A stretch of DNA of 64,000 nucleotides from Tubulanus polymorphus (GCF_964204645.1 NC_134033.1:248001-312000); one strand, 5' to 3'. Positions 1 to 13,935 are shown, numbered from the stretch's first letter. Numbers and translations are program-made. Notes: a model not told the origin generated them from the letters alone.

Positions 1-383
1 GAGAAGAGACTTTCATTCAAAACTCCCAACATCTCAGAGAGAGAAGAGACTCTCATTCAAAACTCCCAACATCTCAGAGAGAGAAGAGACTTTCATTCAA
101 AACTCCCAACATCTCAGAGAGAGAAAGAGACTCTCATTCAAAACTCCCAACATCTCAGAGAGAGAAAGAGACTTTCATTCGAAACTCCCAACATCTCAGA
201 GAGAGAAGAGACTCTCATTCAAAACTCCCAACATCTCAGAGAGAGAAGAGACTTTCATTCAAAACTCCCAACATCTCAGAGAGAGAAAGAGACTCTCATT
301 CAAAACTCCCAACATCTCAGAGAGAGAAAGAGACTTTCATTCGAAACTCCCAACATCTCAGAGAGAAAGAGATTCTCATTCGA
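1..383. repeat. 39-40 bp minisatellite (GAGAAGAGACTYTCATTCAAAACTCCCAACATCTCAGAGA), about 9 copies, truncated by the window start
   Basis: Directly visible tandem units. Confidence 0.95.
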
Positions 384-984
384 AAATTTGAAATGTTACG
401 TTGCTTTTTTCAGTTTTCTATCTAAATCGTGTACTTTATGGCCTAGTATTGTAACAAGCGTTTAAAGGTTGTGAGGTTTGACGAATAACCCAACAGTTAA
501 AACCTTTGGAAACCAAGCTCTCCGAAGAATTACGCATAGGAAGATAGCCAAGACTAGTCACGTGGCTAATCTGCATGTGTATTTCAGCGATGAAGATTGT
601 GTCGTCTGGCTACTATTAATATCGATTTGTTACCGGCCGGTATCACGTGAGCCGCACGTGCAACAGAAGCGGTAAATGAATGAAAATGCGATCCATTAAA
701 AAGCGATGCAGATTTTGACAAAGTGAAAAACGTGTATTTATTCACTAATCAAGTCTAGTTTGATAAATCGATAAAACGTGCTCGGATTATTGATCGTTCG
801 CCCGAAATTAATCGTTGCTCCGGTGACGCGTATCGATTACTGACTGATTGTTTAGTCGACCTATTTAAAAAGATTTTACAAAAAGGTGGAGAAAATTACT
901 TTGTCTTTGAAATGGGCCCTGGTGGTGTTTCGAATTTCAATTTTTGGCTTACACCAAAATCAGGAAAGCTCCGGCAGACATCGA

Positions 985-1076
985 GCCCCAGTGGCACAAT
1001 CGGTTAGCGCGCCGTACTTATAGACAGTCGTGGCTGAGCTATGCGGAGGTTGAGAGTTCGAGCCTCTCCTGGGGCA
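985..1076 (+). tRNA. tRNA-Ile-TAT: tRNA-Ile (anticodon UAU) with 18-nt intron (1023-1040)
   Basis: GCCCCAG acceptor stem pairs with CTGGGGC-A; D arm TGGCACAATCGGTTAGCGCG; anticodon stem CCGTA/TGCGG around loop CT-TAT-A with the intron after position 37; T loop GTTCGAG; oligo-T Pol III terminator at about 1083-1089. Matches the known eukaryotic intron-containing Ile-UAU pattern. Confidence 0.93.
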
Positions 1077-1631
1077 CTCCAATTTTTTTTCACCTTTGGT
1101 CGTCGATTTTTTTAAATCTTTAAGTCGTCGATTCTACCGTAATGTAAAAATTAAACACTGAATTATTGTTCTGATACCGCGGCCTAGTATAGAAATATTC
1201 TCAGAGTGAAAATATGTGTTCGTTTCACCGCAAAACGTCACAAATAATAACGTTTTAATTATTGATGGCGATTTCGTAGAAAACGTTTCAGATTTCGGAG
1301 CAGCGAGCAGTGAGTTGCGAGCAGCGAGTTGTGAGTTGTGAGTTGTGTGAAAGTAATACATGTCATGCAGTTTATGTTACAATCCGGGTCTCAGAGTGTC
1401 TTAAAGTATATGTATCTCCTGAATGAGATGGAAGTCTAAGGGTAAGGTCACCACCTAAAGTCCTTGACCCCCCCCCTGCTCAGTATATAAACAGCCCCTC
1501 TGCATTAGATCTACACTTATTTTTACATGAATTACTTGATCGAACCAAATTACATTTAATTTTTCGAGATTTTCACAAAGTCTTTCTTATTTAAAAATCG
1601 TCTGCAATAAAAGTAAAAAATATCGACTTAC

Positions 1632-1702
1632 CCGATTAGAATGCATAACGAGGCGAATAGAAACAACTGATATATAACACAGTTCACAGATATGGACGCC
1701 AT
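1632..1702 (-). CDS. Putative first coding exon (signal peptide MASISVNCVIYQLFLFASLCILIG) of a secreted or membrane protein gene continuing toward or beyond the window start
   Basis: ATGG at 1702 just downstream of TTTTGTAG/TTTCTAG acceptors; 23 mostly hydrophobic codons; strong GG|GTAAGT donor (phase 2). No downstream exon identified. Confidence 0.45.
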
Positions 1703-1913
1703 CTCGTGGAGCTTCTAGAAACTACAAAACATGAAAAACACGTGTACGCACAGAGTCAAAAGCCTTGAGAAAATGAGAGGGGACGAAAGCGAACTTATTG
1801 TTTAAAGGTATTCTTTGATAGTTTGTCTATACATGGTTTCTAAGCCTGCTAATCTACAGATATCAGAGAATCTACTGTCCGACGAGGTCAAAGCGATAGA
1901 TTGAGGTAATTAA

Positions 1914-2352
1914 GGCGTACCGCAGGGTAGTATAATAAGGGCATCATAGTTTCTCCAGACAATGACGACTTATACCCAGTGACAGCGGCGTACCGCAGGG
2001 TAGTATAATAAGGGCATCATAGTTTCTCCAGACAATGACGACTTATACCCAGTGACAGCGGCGTACCGCAGGGTAGTATAATAAGGGCATCATAGTTTCT
2101 CCAGACAATGACGACTTATACCCAGTGACAGCGGCGTACCGCAGGGTAGTATAATAAGGGCATCATAGTTTCTCCAGACAATGACGACTTATACCCAGTG
2201 ACAGCGGCGTACCGCAGGGTAGTATAATAAGGGCATCATAGTTTCTCCAGACAATGACGACTTATACCCAGTGACAGCGGCGTACCGCAGGGTAGTATAA
2301 TAAGGGCATCATAGTTTCTCCAGACAACGACGACTTATACCCAGTGACAGCG
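1914..2352. repeat. 73-bp minisatellite, 6 near-identical copies
   Basis: Unit GGCGTACCGCAGGGTAG...CCCAGTGACAGC recurs every 73 bp. Confidence 0.95.
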
Positions 2353-4171
2353 TTACGTCATTTTGGAATTTGAAACGTGATGAGACCTAGGTGTAGTCAT
2401 CGAGATGAGACCAAACGAGGGGCTTAAGGCACCCGCGCACGAGTTCATACGCTTTAAGCACGTTATGTATCGATTCCTACCATTTTGAAAAAAAAAAAAT
2501 ACTAGTTTATCTCTGGTTTGTTGAAATCTGAGATCCACTCGATCTAACACTCAGTAAAAATACCATCAGTTCAATTTTACAACTCAATTGAAAACCGTTT
2601 GGAGAAGTTTAAAACGCCATAAAATCTACTCTTCAAACGCTACTCGAGAGTAAAGTCTCTATATCGGGTTCTCTCTTTACTCTCTCTCTCTCTTTACTCT
2701 CTCTACTCTCTCTCTCTCTCGCTCTACTCTCGGATTAGTTGAGCCGTTGCTGTGTGAAGTGATGCTGTTCACACAATTAAACTGATTTCTGCACTGAACA
2801 CGAATTGCATTAAAACTCGTCCGTCAAAAACGTCAACGCTGAAATCGTGATCTGATAACGTAATAAACGCGTTATAACGACGTAACAATGAGGCGCACGC
2901 GACGTAAAAACGTTTAAACTTCAGCGTTCAAGTAGCGTTTCATCTTCCGCGGTTGACGTTGTCTCTTGCGTTGAGGAAGAAATAACGTAACCACACGCCG
3001 CAGCTCAGAGAGAGAGAGGAGTGAGGGAGGTGAGGGGAGAGAGGAGGGAGAGGGAAAGATTGAAATGAATTTAATTGCATTCCGATTAAGTTTTCAGGCC
3101 ATTTTGTCGACGTTAATTGTAACAGGCAATAATACGCCATGCGACACTTTTGTTCTAAATGAAATGAATTCCTATCAAACTGCGTCCGTCTGCGCGCAAT
3201 TCAAATAAATCATCAAATTATTATTCAATCTCTGGTAAATTTCTGTCGTTTCGGTTTCGGTTCTTTTCATGTTTTGGTTTTTCAAGTTATTTCTCGCCCG
3301 ATCTTTTTAGCATTAAAAAAAAATAGTCTCCCATAGAACTTCATTTTCCAGAATATATATCTTTACACGCAACAAATTATAGTCTGCCATGGGAATATTC
3401 CAAATGTTGAGGTGTCCAAGGTGTGCAATAAGAGATTTTGCAATTAAAACAAAATTAACAGAAAATATATATAACCAAATACTTAGAAAACAGTCGATAA
3501 ATGTTTACAATCAAAACAGAGCTTCAAGTTTAAAAAAGACTTTCGAAATAGAATTCAGTTTAAACTGTGTTGGTTCTATTAGAACTGACCGTCGGTCGTC
3601 AGTGTGGAGCCGATATCCAGTTACTCACAGATCTCATAATCGCTTATCACCAAGTATCAACAACAGCAGACAGCTTAAACCGGTTGAATTTCAAACCGGG
3701 ATTAAAATCAAATACAGGCTAGCAGCAGCAGCAGCAGCAGCAGTAACCCCTACTGTCAGGTCCAGCAGGGTCATTATAGTAATCAACTACTAATTACTTT
3801 CGTTACTAATTTGCAAAACGATTCGTCAACAAAGATTATCGGGTTTATAGTGATCGATGTGGTCAGACGGCCGCTGCTGGGTGCTGCTGCTGCTGCTGCT
3901 GCTGGTGCTGGTGCTGCCGCTATTATATGACAAACTAAAACCCTGATTGATCCAATAATCATAAACTAATTTCTTACAAGTTTGATTAATTAGTTAATTA
4001 GTATAAGTCACGTGATTGTCGTTCAGTCATCTGCAGATGGTGATGTAAACGTATTTCCGGTTCCGAGAAAATTACATTTGCGCGCTACAGTTTCCCTTAG
4101 CAACATAAACTCGACACCAGGGGGCGTTTTGTGCAGAGAAACAACTAAACGCACAGCTACTGCAAATGACA

Positions 4172-4557
4172 AAGAGGGAGGAGAGAGAGGGAGGAGAGAG
4201 AGGGGGAGAGAGAGGGGGAGGGAGAGGTAGGAGAGAGAGGGGGAGAGAGAGGGGGAGGGAGAGGGAGGAGAGAGAGGGGGAGAGAGAGAGGGAGGAGAGA
4301 GAGAGGGAAAGAAGGAGGAGAAGGGGGAGAGAGGGAGGGGGAGGGAGAGGGGGTGGAAAGAGAGGGAGGGAGAGAGAGGGGAGAGGGGAGAGAGGGAGGG
4401 AGAGAGAGGGAAGGGAGATAGGGAAGGAGAGAGAGAGAGGGAAAGGGGGAGAGGAGAGAGAGAGGGAGAGAGAGAGGGAGAGAGGGAGGGGAGAGAGGGA
4501 GGGGAGAGAGGGAGGGAGGGGAGAGAGGGAGGGGAGAGAGGGAGGGGAGAGAGGGTG
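4172..4557. repeat. GA-rich polypurine low-complexity tract
   Basis: Almost purely G/A for about 390 bp. Confidence 0.95.
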
Positions 4558-5238
4558 AGTAAAAGAGTAGTACAGTGATACTGGTATACGGGTCTCCTGT
4601 TCTATGCTGTGATGTGATTAGATGAAATAACTAGCAATAGATAAAGCCCTAATTGGATCAGTTGTTCTATAAGGAGTCACGTGACACTCCACTACACATT
4701 CTACAGACACATCAAGTATTATATAATCACCAATATCATTCCACTTGTTAATCATAAAAATTATATATCATCAGTCATTCGCCTGTCGTACTGCTGTCGC
4801 TCACTGACAGACAGTCATTCGCCTGTCATGCTGCTGTCGCTCACTGACAGGTACATTCAGCATACTACCAGATATAATAACAAATTCATCTCTTACCTCA
4901 CATTGGGTCGGCATATTTTTAAATTGTTCGATCCTTTTTTATTCAACTATATTTTCCTATTTCGTTCATACAATGGAAGCTCGTGTTATTTAAAACCAAT
5001 CTTGTGGATTAAAGTAAAATTTAAAACACCAATCTTGTCTTAAATTGTCAGATTAAGTGAAATCTGATTGAGTTTCCTCTTTAATAAAATCGTATTTACG
5101 AGATTTAACTGTCACAAAAAATAGGGAGAAAAATTCAACAATGCGGACCCGGCCGGTATCCAAAAACATGGCGCCTAGAAACTGTAAAAGGCTTATCCTA
5201 AATTACGATCTAACGCAAGCCTAATCTGTGCAAGCGAC

Positions 5239-5255
5239 CTCTCCCTCCCTCTCTC

Positions 5256-5318
<63 letters not shown>

Positions 5319-5345
5319 CTCTTACTCTCTCTCTCTCTCTCTCTT
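5239..5345. repeat. (CT)n microsatellite
   Basis: Direct inspection. Confidence 0.95.
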
Positions 5346-5986
5346 GATCACCGGAACCAGTCTATTCAGCCTCTAGCGTCGTCCAGACCGGGATAATCAA
5401 TGATCTGTTTACCGAGCTCTAAAGTGTAGTCCGGACCTCGACTTATAGCGGTCAAGTGTACAGTGTTTACAACAGTAACACAGCGTCACTGATGGTAACA
5501 CGACTCCGCGAACAGCGCTGGATATTGTTAACTTGATTCCCATCATTAACTAACATCAACGAACAGTTCTGGACCAAGTTCTACGGTTCCACCGCTTCAC
5601 GGTTCCACAATTCCACATTATTTCCACAGTTGCTGAGTTACAAACTTAAGAACTGTGTATACTGTATTTCAATATGGCTTCACTTTATTTCTCTCTCCGG
5701 CAGAGACAGGTTTAATTCTACTCCAGCCACTAACAGTTTAAACGAAACCATGGTGACGTTTTTCTGCTATTTCTGAAAGAAAATGGCGTCAAATTGTGTT
5801 CTGAAGGTCACTCGATGACGTCATTATATTGACACGAACGAAACCGTACCTGTACACAAATTAATCTGTGTTTTCTCAAGTCGTTTAACGGTTTTTGTTT
5901 CCCCGAAAGCTAATTTTCAAAACGTTAAATCTTGAGCCCGACGACGAATTCTACTTACGAATCTCTGGGTTCCATTCTAACTGTAC

Positions 5987-6426
5987 GAACCACTGGGTTC
6001 ATTATAACTGGAGGAACCACTGGATTCATTATAACTGGAGGAACCACTGGATTCATTATAACTGTAGGAACCACTGGATTCATTATAACTGTAGGAACCA
6101 CTGGATTCATTATAACTGGAGGAACCACTGGATTCATTATAACTGGAGGAACCACTGGATTCATTATAACTGGAGGAACCACTGGATTCATTATAACTGT
6201 AGGAACCACTGGATTCATTATAACTGTAGGAACCACTGGATTCATTATAACTGGAGGAACCACTGGATTCATTATAACTGGAGGAACCACTGGATTCATT
6301 ATAACTGGAGGAACCACTGGATTCATTATAACTGTAGGAACCACTGGATTCATTATAACTGTAGGAACCACTGGATTCATTATAACTGGAGGAACCACTG
6401 GATTCATTACAACTGGAGGAACCACT
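5987..6426. repeat. 24-bp minisatellite (GGAACCACTGGATTCATTATAACTG[G/T]A-type), about 16-18 copies
   Basis: Tandem units; produces spurious ORFs in four frames. Confidence 0.9.
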
Positions 6427-6562
6427 TGGTTCCATTCTAACTGATAACGCGGATTCGTCGCGGGGGAGGAGGGAAGGAATGAGGGGGATGAAGGGATGAG
6501 AGGCGAGAAGGGGAGGGAAGGTAAGAAAGCAAAGTGCCAAAACATTCGGCCAAAAATATCGT

Positions 6563-6654
6563 TGCCCCAGGAGAGGCTCGAACTCTCAACCTCCGCATAG
6601 CTCAGCCACGACTGTCTATAAGTACGGCGCGCTAACCGATTGTGCCACTGGGGC
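6563..6654 (-). tRNA. tRNA-Ile-TAT: tRNA-Ile (UAU) with intron, identical second copy in inverted orientation
   Basis: Exact reverse complement of 985-1076 including the intron; followed on the minus strand by a TTTTT terminator. Confidence 0.93.
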
Positions 6655-7366
6655 TCGATGTCTATAAATGTCGACTCAACTTGTCTCAAATCGAACTTTG
6701 ATTCTTTTCCCTGACCGGTGTGAATATATATAACTATCACTGCTGTACCAGAGCAGCAGAGACTCACCGAGTCAGAAAAATAGAAAGTTTTACAATCTAT
6801 ATAATTTTATAATCTATAAGCAATCATCATTAAATGATAAATAAAAAATCGCTATTTTTTCATCAGGTTCGTCCACTATTCGCGACCATATCATACATAT
6901 ATATGATTGACTTTTAACATTAAATGAATGAGACATTGTAAACCTTCACCAGGACGACATTTGGAGACATTGTTTCCTATTCCCGAAAGTATTCAATTGA
7001 TAAATATGTACAGATATCATGTTCTCCGCCGGCGGATTTTTAGTTTGTTTTTTGTTTTTTATTTTATCAGACGCGAAATATTTGTTTAAAAATTGTTTGA
7101 TTTCGACGTAAACTTTGAAAAGTGAATAGTTTTATGAATTTAGTGCCGTCGTGTAGTTTTAAAACCCGCTGGTGAATTCATCGACCGCTTCGGGCGAAAA
7201 AAAAGAGACTACACTGTTTTCAATAACAGAATCTATTCTGATTCTAATATGTCTTTATGATTATAGGTTTGTAGTTAGAAACAAACTAGAGAATACTGTT
7301 TAAAGAGAGTTCCAGAAAATAATGGGTATTTATGATAATACTAGAAATAGAGAAATATAAAGAATC

Positions 7367-7949
7367 GACTCCACACCAGACTCCAAACCTGACTCCACAC
7401 CTGACTCCACACCTGACTCCACACCTGACTCCACACCTGACTCCACACCAGACTCCACACCTGACTCCACACCTGACTCCACACCTGACTCCACACCTGA
7501 CTCCACACCTGACTCCACACCAGACTCCACACCTGACTCCACACCTGACTCCACACCTGACTCCACACCTGACTCCACACCTGACTCCACACCAGACTCC
7601 ACACCTGACTCCACACCAGACTCCACACCTGACTCCACACCTGACTCCACACCTGACTCCACACCAGACTCCACACCTGACTCCACACCTGACTCCACAC
7701 CTGACTCCACACCTGACTCCACACCTGACTCCACACCAGACTCCACACCAGACTCCACACCAGACTCCACACCAGACTCCACACCAGACTCCACACCAGA
7801 CTCCACACCAGACTCCACACCTGACTCCACACCTGACTCCACACCTGACTCCACACCTGACTCCACACCAGACTCCACACCAGACTCCACACCTGACTCC
7901 ACACCAGACTCCACACCTGACTCCACACCAGACTCCACTCCTGACTCCA
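7367..7949. repeat. 12-bp minisatellite GACTCCACACC[T/A], about 48 copies
   Basis: Tandem units with two variants. Confidence 0.97.
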
Positions 7950-8986
7950 AAATGTACAAATATCAATAATGTTTGAATAATGGGTCTGTTCTGAAGTAAT
8001 CGTTGAGTGTGGGTGGGGCCACGGAGGGAGCGGGGGCCGCGGAGGGAGCGGGGGCCACGGAGGGAGCGGGGGCCGTGTATGGAACTATCAGCCATTTATA
8101 TGTTTTATACATAAATATTCATTTGATATTTTCAACACTATTTATATTCATCTTGTTTGATAAAGAAATTGTCAGAAATCGGAAAAACAAATATGTGTTC
8201 AATCCGTTAATTGATTTATGAAATTCAAATATGGCCGCAAAGCGACTATGAGAGTCCCACTAACAGTACAATCTTAAAGATACCATATCTAAATATGGCC
8301 GCAAAGCGACTATAAAATGGAATGTGCAATTTTTTTACATAAGATCGATGAATAGAAATAGAAACTTTTTTGAATATGGCCGCAAAGCGACTATACAAGG
8401 AAATTACACGTATTATCAGCACCGGTATCGATTGGATCGAGATTTTACGATTTTGACCCTAAAAAAAATGCATCAGCAGCAGCAGCCGCAGCAGCAGCAG
8501 CAGCAGAGAACGAGAGACGATGATGGGAGTCAGTTACCTGGAGACGACAATAACGTATAAAGTCATCAGTAATAATGATAATAAATGAGATGTATTTGAT
8601 CCTGAGATCGGATGAGTTATAACCGGGTTCGAGTTACACCGGGAGTAATCGAGTTACACCGGGAGTAATACCACCGGACTCTTAATACGAGATTAAACCA
8701 ACCGATGATTTATTTCAATCGGCGATAGTTTAATAATTGCAGATGCTGCTGGTGGTGCTGCGTCGTCGCTGTTGTCATTGACAATGAGACACGCCTTTGA
8801 CTTCTTAATCCAGGATTTATAAAAACCACTCAAAAACTGGTATTAAATATGTATTTATGGCCTTGAATAAAAACACTATGGGTCCGTGATGTGAAGATAC
8901 TTACTCACAATAATAACGAATAAAGTCCAAAAATGTTTTTAGTGTTGTATTTCCTACACATTAAGGCCTTGAATACATGTTCGGAG

Positions 8987-9733
8987 AACCTAACCCTAAA
9001 CCTAACCTCTATCTCTGAACCTAACCCTAACCTCTATCTCTAAACCTAACCTCTATCTCTGAACCTAACCCTAACCTCTATCTCTGAACCTAACCCTAAC
9101 CTCTATCTCTGAACCTAACCTCTATCTCTGAACCTAACCCTAACCTCTATCTCTGAACCTAACCTCTATCTCTGAACCTAACCCTAACCTCTATCTCTAA
9201 ACCTAACCTCTATCTCTTAACCTAACCTCTATCTCTAAACCTATACCTAAACCTAACCTCTATCTCTAAACCTAACCTCTATCTCTTAACCTAAACCTAA
9301 ACCTAACCTCTATCTCTGAACCTAACCCTAACCTCTATCTCTGAACCTAACCTCTATCTCTGAACCTAACCCTAACCTCTATCTCTAAACCTAACCTCTA
9401 TCTCTAAACCTAACCTCTATCTCTAAACCTATACCTAAACCTAACCTCTATCTCTAAACCTAACCTCTATCTCTTAACCTAAACCTAAACCTAACCTCTA
9501 TCTCTGAACCTAACCCTAACCTCTATCTCTGAACCTAACCTCTATCTCTGAACCTAACCCTAACCTCTATCTCTAAACCTAACCTCTATCTCTAAACCTA
9601 TACCTAAACCTAACCTCTATCTCTAAACCTAACCTCTATCTCTAAACCTATACCTAAACCTAACCTCTATCTCTAAACCTAAACCTAAACCTAACTCTGA
9701 CCTCTATCTCTTAACCTAAACCTAAACCTAAAC
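8987..9733. repeat. Telomere-like composite satellite (CCTAAC/CCTAAA hexamers mixed with CTCTATCTCT[G/A]AA)
   Basis: Degenerate CCCTAA-related hexamers interleaved with a CTCTAT motif. Confidence 0.85.
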
Positions 9734-11437
9734 TGAGTGCGAAATGTAATGAATTCCAGCAGGGCTGCTGCTAGTATCTGTAATCTAACACCAAGACCAT
9801 CAGCGCCACCTGTGAATTCATTTCCTCTGATTTCGAATATTAATTATGTGTATGTTTATGAGATGAGATTCAGCACTCCTTAACCCTCAAACCGATAATG
9901 CGTAATAGTTCATTCGAGTTCTAAGTTGTGAAAGTACGATTTAAATGTTTTACCCTCGATAGCGGAGGAGGTTCAGGAGGTAGGGGTCAGGAGGTAAGGT
10001 CGGTCGGTAGGGTCAGGAGGTAGGGTCGGGATTGAGGTTATGGCCCGGCTAATTACAGAATTCATTCAGAAAGTTTGCTGCATGTATTGTTGTTTTTTAA
10101 TCAAAGGTCCTTCACTTTCAGCTCCACCCACTTTCCGTCAAACCAACTCAATCGGATAGAATTCAATAAATATTAAATGCACACATCAAACGCTTTTCAT
10201 TAATTCTTGCTCGGAATGTAATTTACACAAATATTCATATTAGAATGTTTCGGTTATGATCGTGTCACGTGGTTGTGTCACGTGCAATAGTCGATTGTAA
10301 AAATAACCAACATTTGAGAAAATTGTTTCTGAAAAATCACCCCCTCCCCAAGCCTACTCGGGGTCAATAGGCTCAAACTGACTAAACTCGACTCTTAATG
10401 TGATAACGTAGTTTGGGGTTGGTCTGCTGATGATATATCGTATTTACACAGAACTGGACCGCGTTTACCAAATATGGTCACCGTTTAAATATTCAAACTC
10501 AACAGTCATAATTAAATATTCAAACTCAACCGTCAAGAAGTGTTGCCCAGTTCGTCTGCTTGTAAAGTAAACAATCATATCTTATTCAATAATTCAGCGG
10601 CTAATTGGTAACGGTTGCACAATTATGAATATTGAATGTCAAGAAAATATTGAATTTCGGGACTCGAACCGCGCGACGCGGTGTAAGATCAACGAAAGTT
10701 CATTCATCAGTGGCGTGACGTGTTTCACAAATAATTAATTATCATATCGATTTCTGTTCGAGGTATCGGAAAATTGTCAAACTTCCTTCTTGCGTAAATA
10801 TTACGGATTTTCAACCACTGGTTTCTCTGACCAGTTACTAACAGTCAAGGCTACCGTTTAAGATCAGTTTAGGACCAGTCTTAGACCAGTTTAGGACCAC
10901 CGGCAGTCTTAGACCAGTTTAAGACCAGTCTAAGACCATCTCGGTTCTAGGTCCAATCGATCAAAAAACTTCAAACCAGTTTTAGAAAACTGGACCCTGA
11001 AACCAACGCAATCTGGAGATTTTGTTGAAAATGAAATTACCGTTACGTTCAAACATTCAAATGTAACCGATAAACCGGACGTTGTCGATCACGTGACTGG
11101 CGCGCGATCTCATCAATATCGAATGATTAGTGGTGGAATCAGATGAAACCGCTGATTGCTACATGTTCCGTCATTTAGGGAAAACGGACGATTAACGATT
11201 GTCCGTGCCGGTCGCGATGAGAGGTGATTGCAGTCGTACTCGTGAGAGGTAGGAGAGAGGTATGGCCGATCAGGAGGTAGGGGAGGTTTCGGGATCATAT
11301 ATAGATGAAATTGAAGTAAACACTATAGCGCCACGGGTGGATCCTCGCTTGCCACAATCGGAATCCTCACTTGCCAGAGTTGTAGTTTCCGGGAAGTGTA
11401 TCATGTTTACAGCCTGTGGAGGATGTACACAGTATCT

Positions 11438-11582
11438 GAGAGTAATACACACAGACTAGACCCCTATACTATAGAGACGTGTTTGAGAGTAATACACACA
11501 GACTAGACCCCTATACTATAGAGACGTGTTTGAGAGTAATACACACAGACTAGACCCCTATACTATAGAGACGTGTTTGAGA
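11438..11582. repeat. 47-48 bp tandem repeat, 3 copies
   Basis: GAGAGTAATACACACAGACTAGACCCCTATACTATAGAGACGTGTTT x3. Confidence 0.9.
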
Positions 11583-11754
11583 TTATATCGGAAAAAAACC
11601 ACCGTTAATTTCGTGTCATATTATTATTTCGCGCAACAGCGATCTATTAATTACTCCGAGATTAATTCAGAGGTGTTACTTACTCTCGAGATTAAATCAA
11701 TCCATTTTACCTATCCACAATACACACACGTGGTGCGCTACGAGTAGAGGGACA

Positions 11755-11887
11755 GAGATGAGGAGAGAGATGAGGAGAGAGATGAGGAGAGAGATGAGGA
11801 GAGAGATGAGGAGAGAGATGAGGAGAGAGATGAGGAGAGAGATGAGGAGAGAGATGAGGAGAGAGATGAGGAGAGAGAGAGAGAGAG
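11755..11887. repeat. (GAGATGAGGAGA)n 12-bp repeat followed by (GA)n
   Basis: Direct inspection. Confidence 0.95.
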
Positions 11888-12014
11888 CGTGGAAGGACGC
11901 ATCTGTAATTAGAAATGTCCAGAAGGTTCGGGAATTATAATTCTATTTAACGGCGAACGAGACAACAATTAGTTTATACAGCAGCACGAGACTAGTAGCT
12001 TCAGTTCGGGTTAA

Positions 12015-12508
12015 ACTCTGTGGAGTTCAGAGTTTAGAGTCATGTAAAACCCGTACAGCTGTGGAACTGGGTTCAGAGTCAAATTAAACCCACACAACTG
12101 TGGAACTGAGTTCAGAGTCAAATTAGATCCACACAACTGTGGAACTGGGTTCAGAGTCAAATTAAACCCACACAACTGTGGAACTGGGTTCAGAGTCAAA
12201 TTAAACCCACACAACTGTGGAACTGAGTTCAGAGTCAAATTAGATCCACACAACTGTGGAACTGGGTTCAGAGTCAAATTAAACCCACACAACTGTGGAA
12301 CTGAGTTCAGAGTCAAATTAAACCCACACAACTGTGGAACTGGGTTCAGAGTCAAATTAAACCCACACAACTGTGGAACTGAGTTCAGAGTCAAATTAGA
12401 TCCACACAACTGTGGAACTGGGTTCAGAGTCAAATTAAACCCACACAACTGTGGAACTGGGTTCAGAGTCAAATTAAACCCACACAACTGTGGAACTGGG
12501 TTCAGAGT
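12015..12508. repeat. 39-bp minisatellite containing the MITE terminal motif ACAACTGTGGAACTGGG, about 12 copies
   Basis: Unit CTGTGGAACTG[G/A]GTTCAGAGTCAAATTA[AAC/GAT]CCACACAA. Confidence 0.95.
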
Positions 12509-12859
12509 GGTAGCTCGCAGTAGGCAGTGTCTAAGACCACCAGGGCGACTGTTACAGGTAAAGGCTAAACACGAGTTAAAAGTGGTAATTTAATTTTCGA
12601 CTCAGTCGCAGTTTTTAATTATAATATTTCCTGTAACGCGCACTCAATTCACCCGGCACCAATCCCTTAAATCTCTTACTTGTAAACTCTTAGCGGAGAT
12701 AATTAATACTCAAAACCAATTTGATAATTGAAAACTTGATAATTGATATTCTCAGAAATCTACGTAAGTTTTACCTCAATTTTCAGAATTTTGCGTCATT
12801 TTCAAACTCAACAACGATAAATTTCATAATCTTTAAATCTGTTCATAATACTTAAGGTT

Positions 12860-13349
12860 AGAGACAGAGTCTACTGTATTTCACAAACTCTTACTCAGTA
12901 TTTGACACCAACTCGGGGTAGAATTTTACCGGTCTCAACTTAACCGCAGTAAGAGACAGAGTCTACTGTATTTCACAAACTCTTACTCAGTATTTGACAC
13001 CAACTCGGGGTAGAATTTTACCGGTCTCAACTTTACCGCAGTAAGAGACAGAGTCTACTGTATTTCACAAACTCTTACTCAGTATTTGACACCAACTCGG
13101 AGTAGAATTTTACCGGTCTCAACTTTACCGCAGTAAGAGACAGAGTCTACTGTATTTCACAAACTCTTACTCAGTATTTGACACCAACTCGGAGTAGAAT
13201 TTTACCGGTCTCAACTTAACCGCAGTAAGAGACAGAGTCTACTGTATTTCACAAACTCTTACTCAGTATTTGACACCAACTCGGGGTAGAATTTTACCGG
13301 TCTCAACTTTACCGCAGTAAGAGACAGAGTCTAATGTATTTCACAAACT
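12860..13349 (+). repeat. 92-bp satellite array (about 5.3 copies), left arm of an inverted pair
   Basis: Unit AGAGACAGAGTCTACTGTATTTCACAAAC...ACCGCAGTA with 92-bp period. Confidence 0.95.
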
Positions 13350-13702
13350 TTAACTTCTAACCTCATGTTCAGTATTTTATCTCGCAATAGATTCTTGCAA
13401 AAATGATCACTTAAAGTTTTTAATGATATCGGAATCTAAAAACAGCTATATGCGAATGGTATAAACACAATGTCGTCTTGATTCACGACTAAAAGTGAGA
13501 TACAAATATCATAAACAATAAAAACACTCTTAATAAAGTTAAATACCTAGGATACTGAAATACAGGTGACGGTTTTGAGGCAATCGTCAGGTACAGATTA
13601 TACTGTTGTTTGTTGATATTGATGTGTGCAGTTTGAGGAAACGTCACTTTCTATTAAACAATAATTATCATATCATATCACGATATATCAAAATATTCTT
13701 AC

Positions 13703-13935
13703 CTTGTTTTAAGGATGAATGATAGTGAAATCTCAATCCGGGGTTGATCGTTGATTTTTACTTCCTTGCCGCTGTTGCTGTTGCTGCTGCTGCTGTTCTG
13801 CGACTAAGATGTTGAATGCGAGTAATTTTCCAAACTCTGTCGCTCTGTCGACTCTTTACCGAGACCTTCTAGTGACGCGCCCTGATACTATCAACCAATC
13901 AGCATCCGCGATGCGACCGGTGATTAACCAATAGG
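13703..13935 (-). promoter_or_regulatory. Putative promoter and non-coding first exon of a minus-strand gene
   Basis: Two CCAAT boxes 34 bp apart (AACCAATCAGC at about 13893, AACCAATAGG at about 13927), CpG-richer sequence, and an AAG|GTAAGA donor on the minus strand at about 13702. Confidence 0.35.

Noticed and set aside
4012-4558. Arg/Glu/Gly-rich ORFs
   Set aside because: Translation of a GA polypurine tract.
5895-8095. Long ORFs in several frames (NHWIHYNWR, SGVE, TPHL repeats)
   Set aside because: They are translations of stop-free minisatellites, open on both strands, with no splice or domain context.
8229-8395. Three spaced copies of AATATGGCCGCAAAGCGACTAT resembling a CRISPR repeat-spacer pattern
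   Set aside because: Only three copies with unequal spacers, no cas genes, and eukaryotic context.
8987-9733. True telomere or chromosome fusion site
   Set aside because: The hexamers are degenerate and interleaved with another motif, with no long pure (CCCTAA)n or head-to-head junction.
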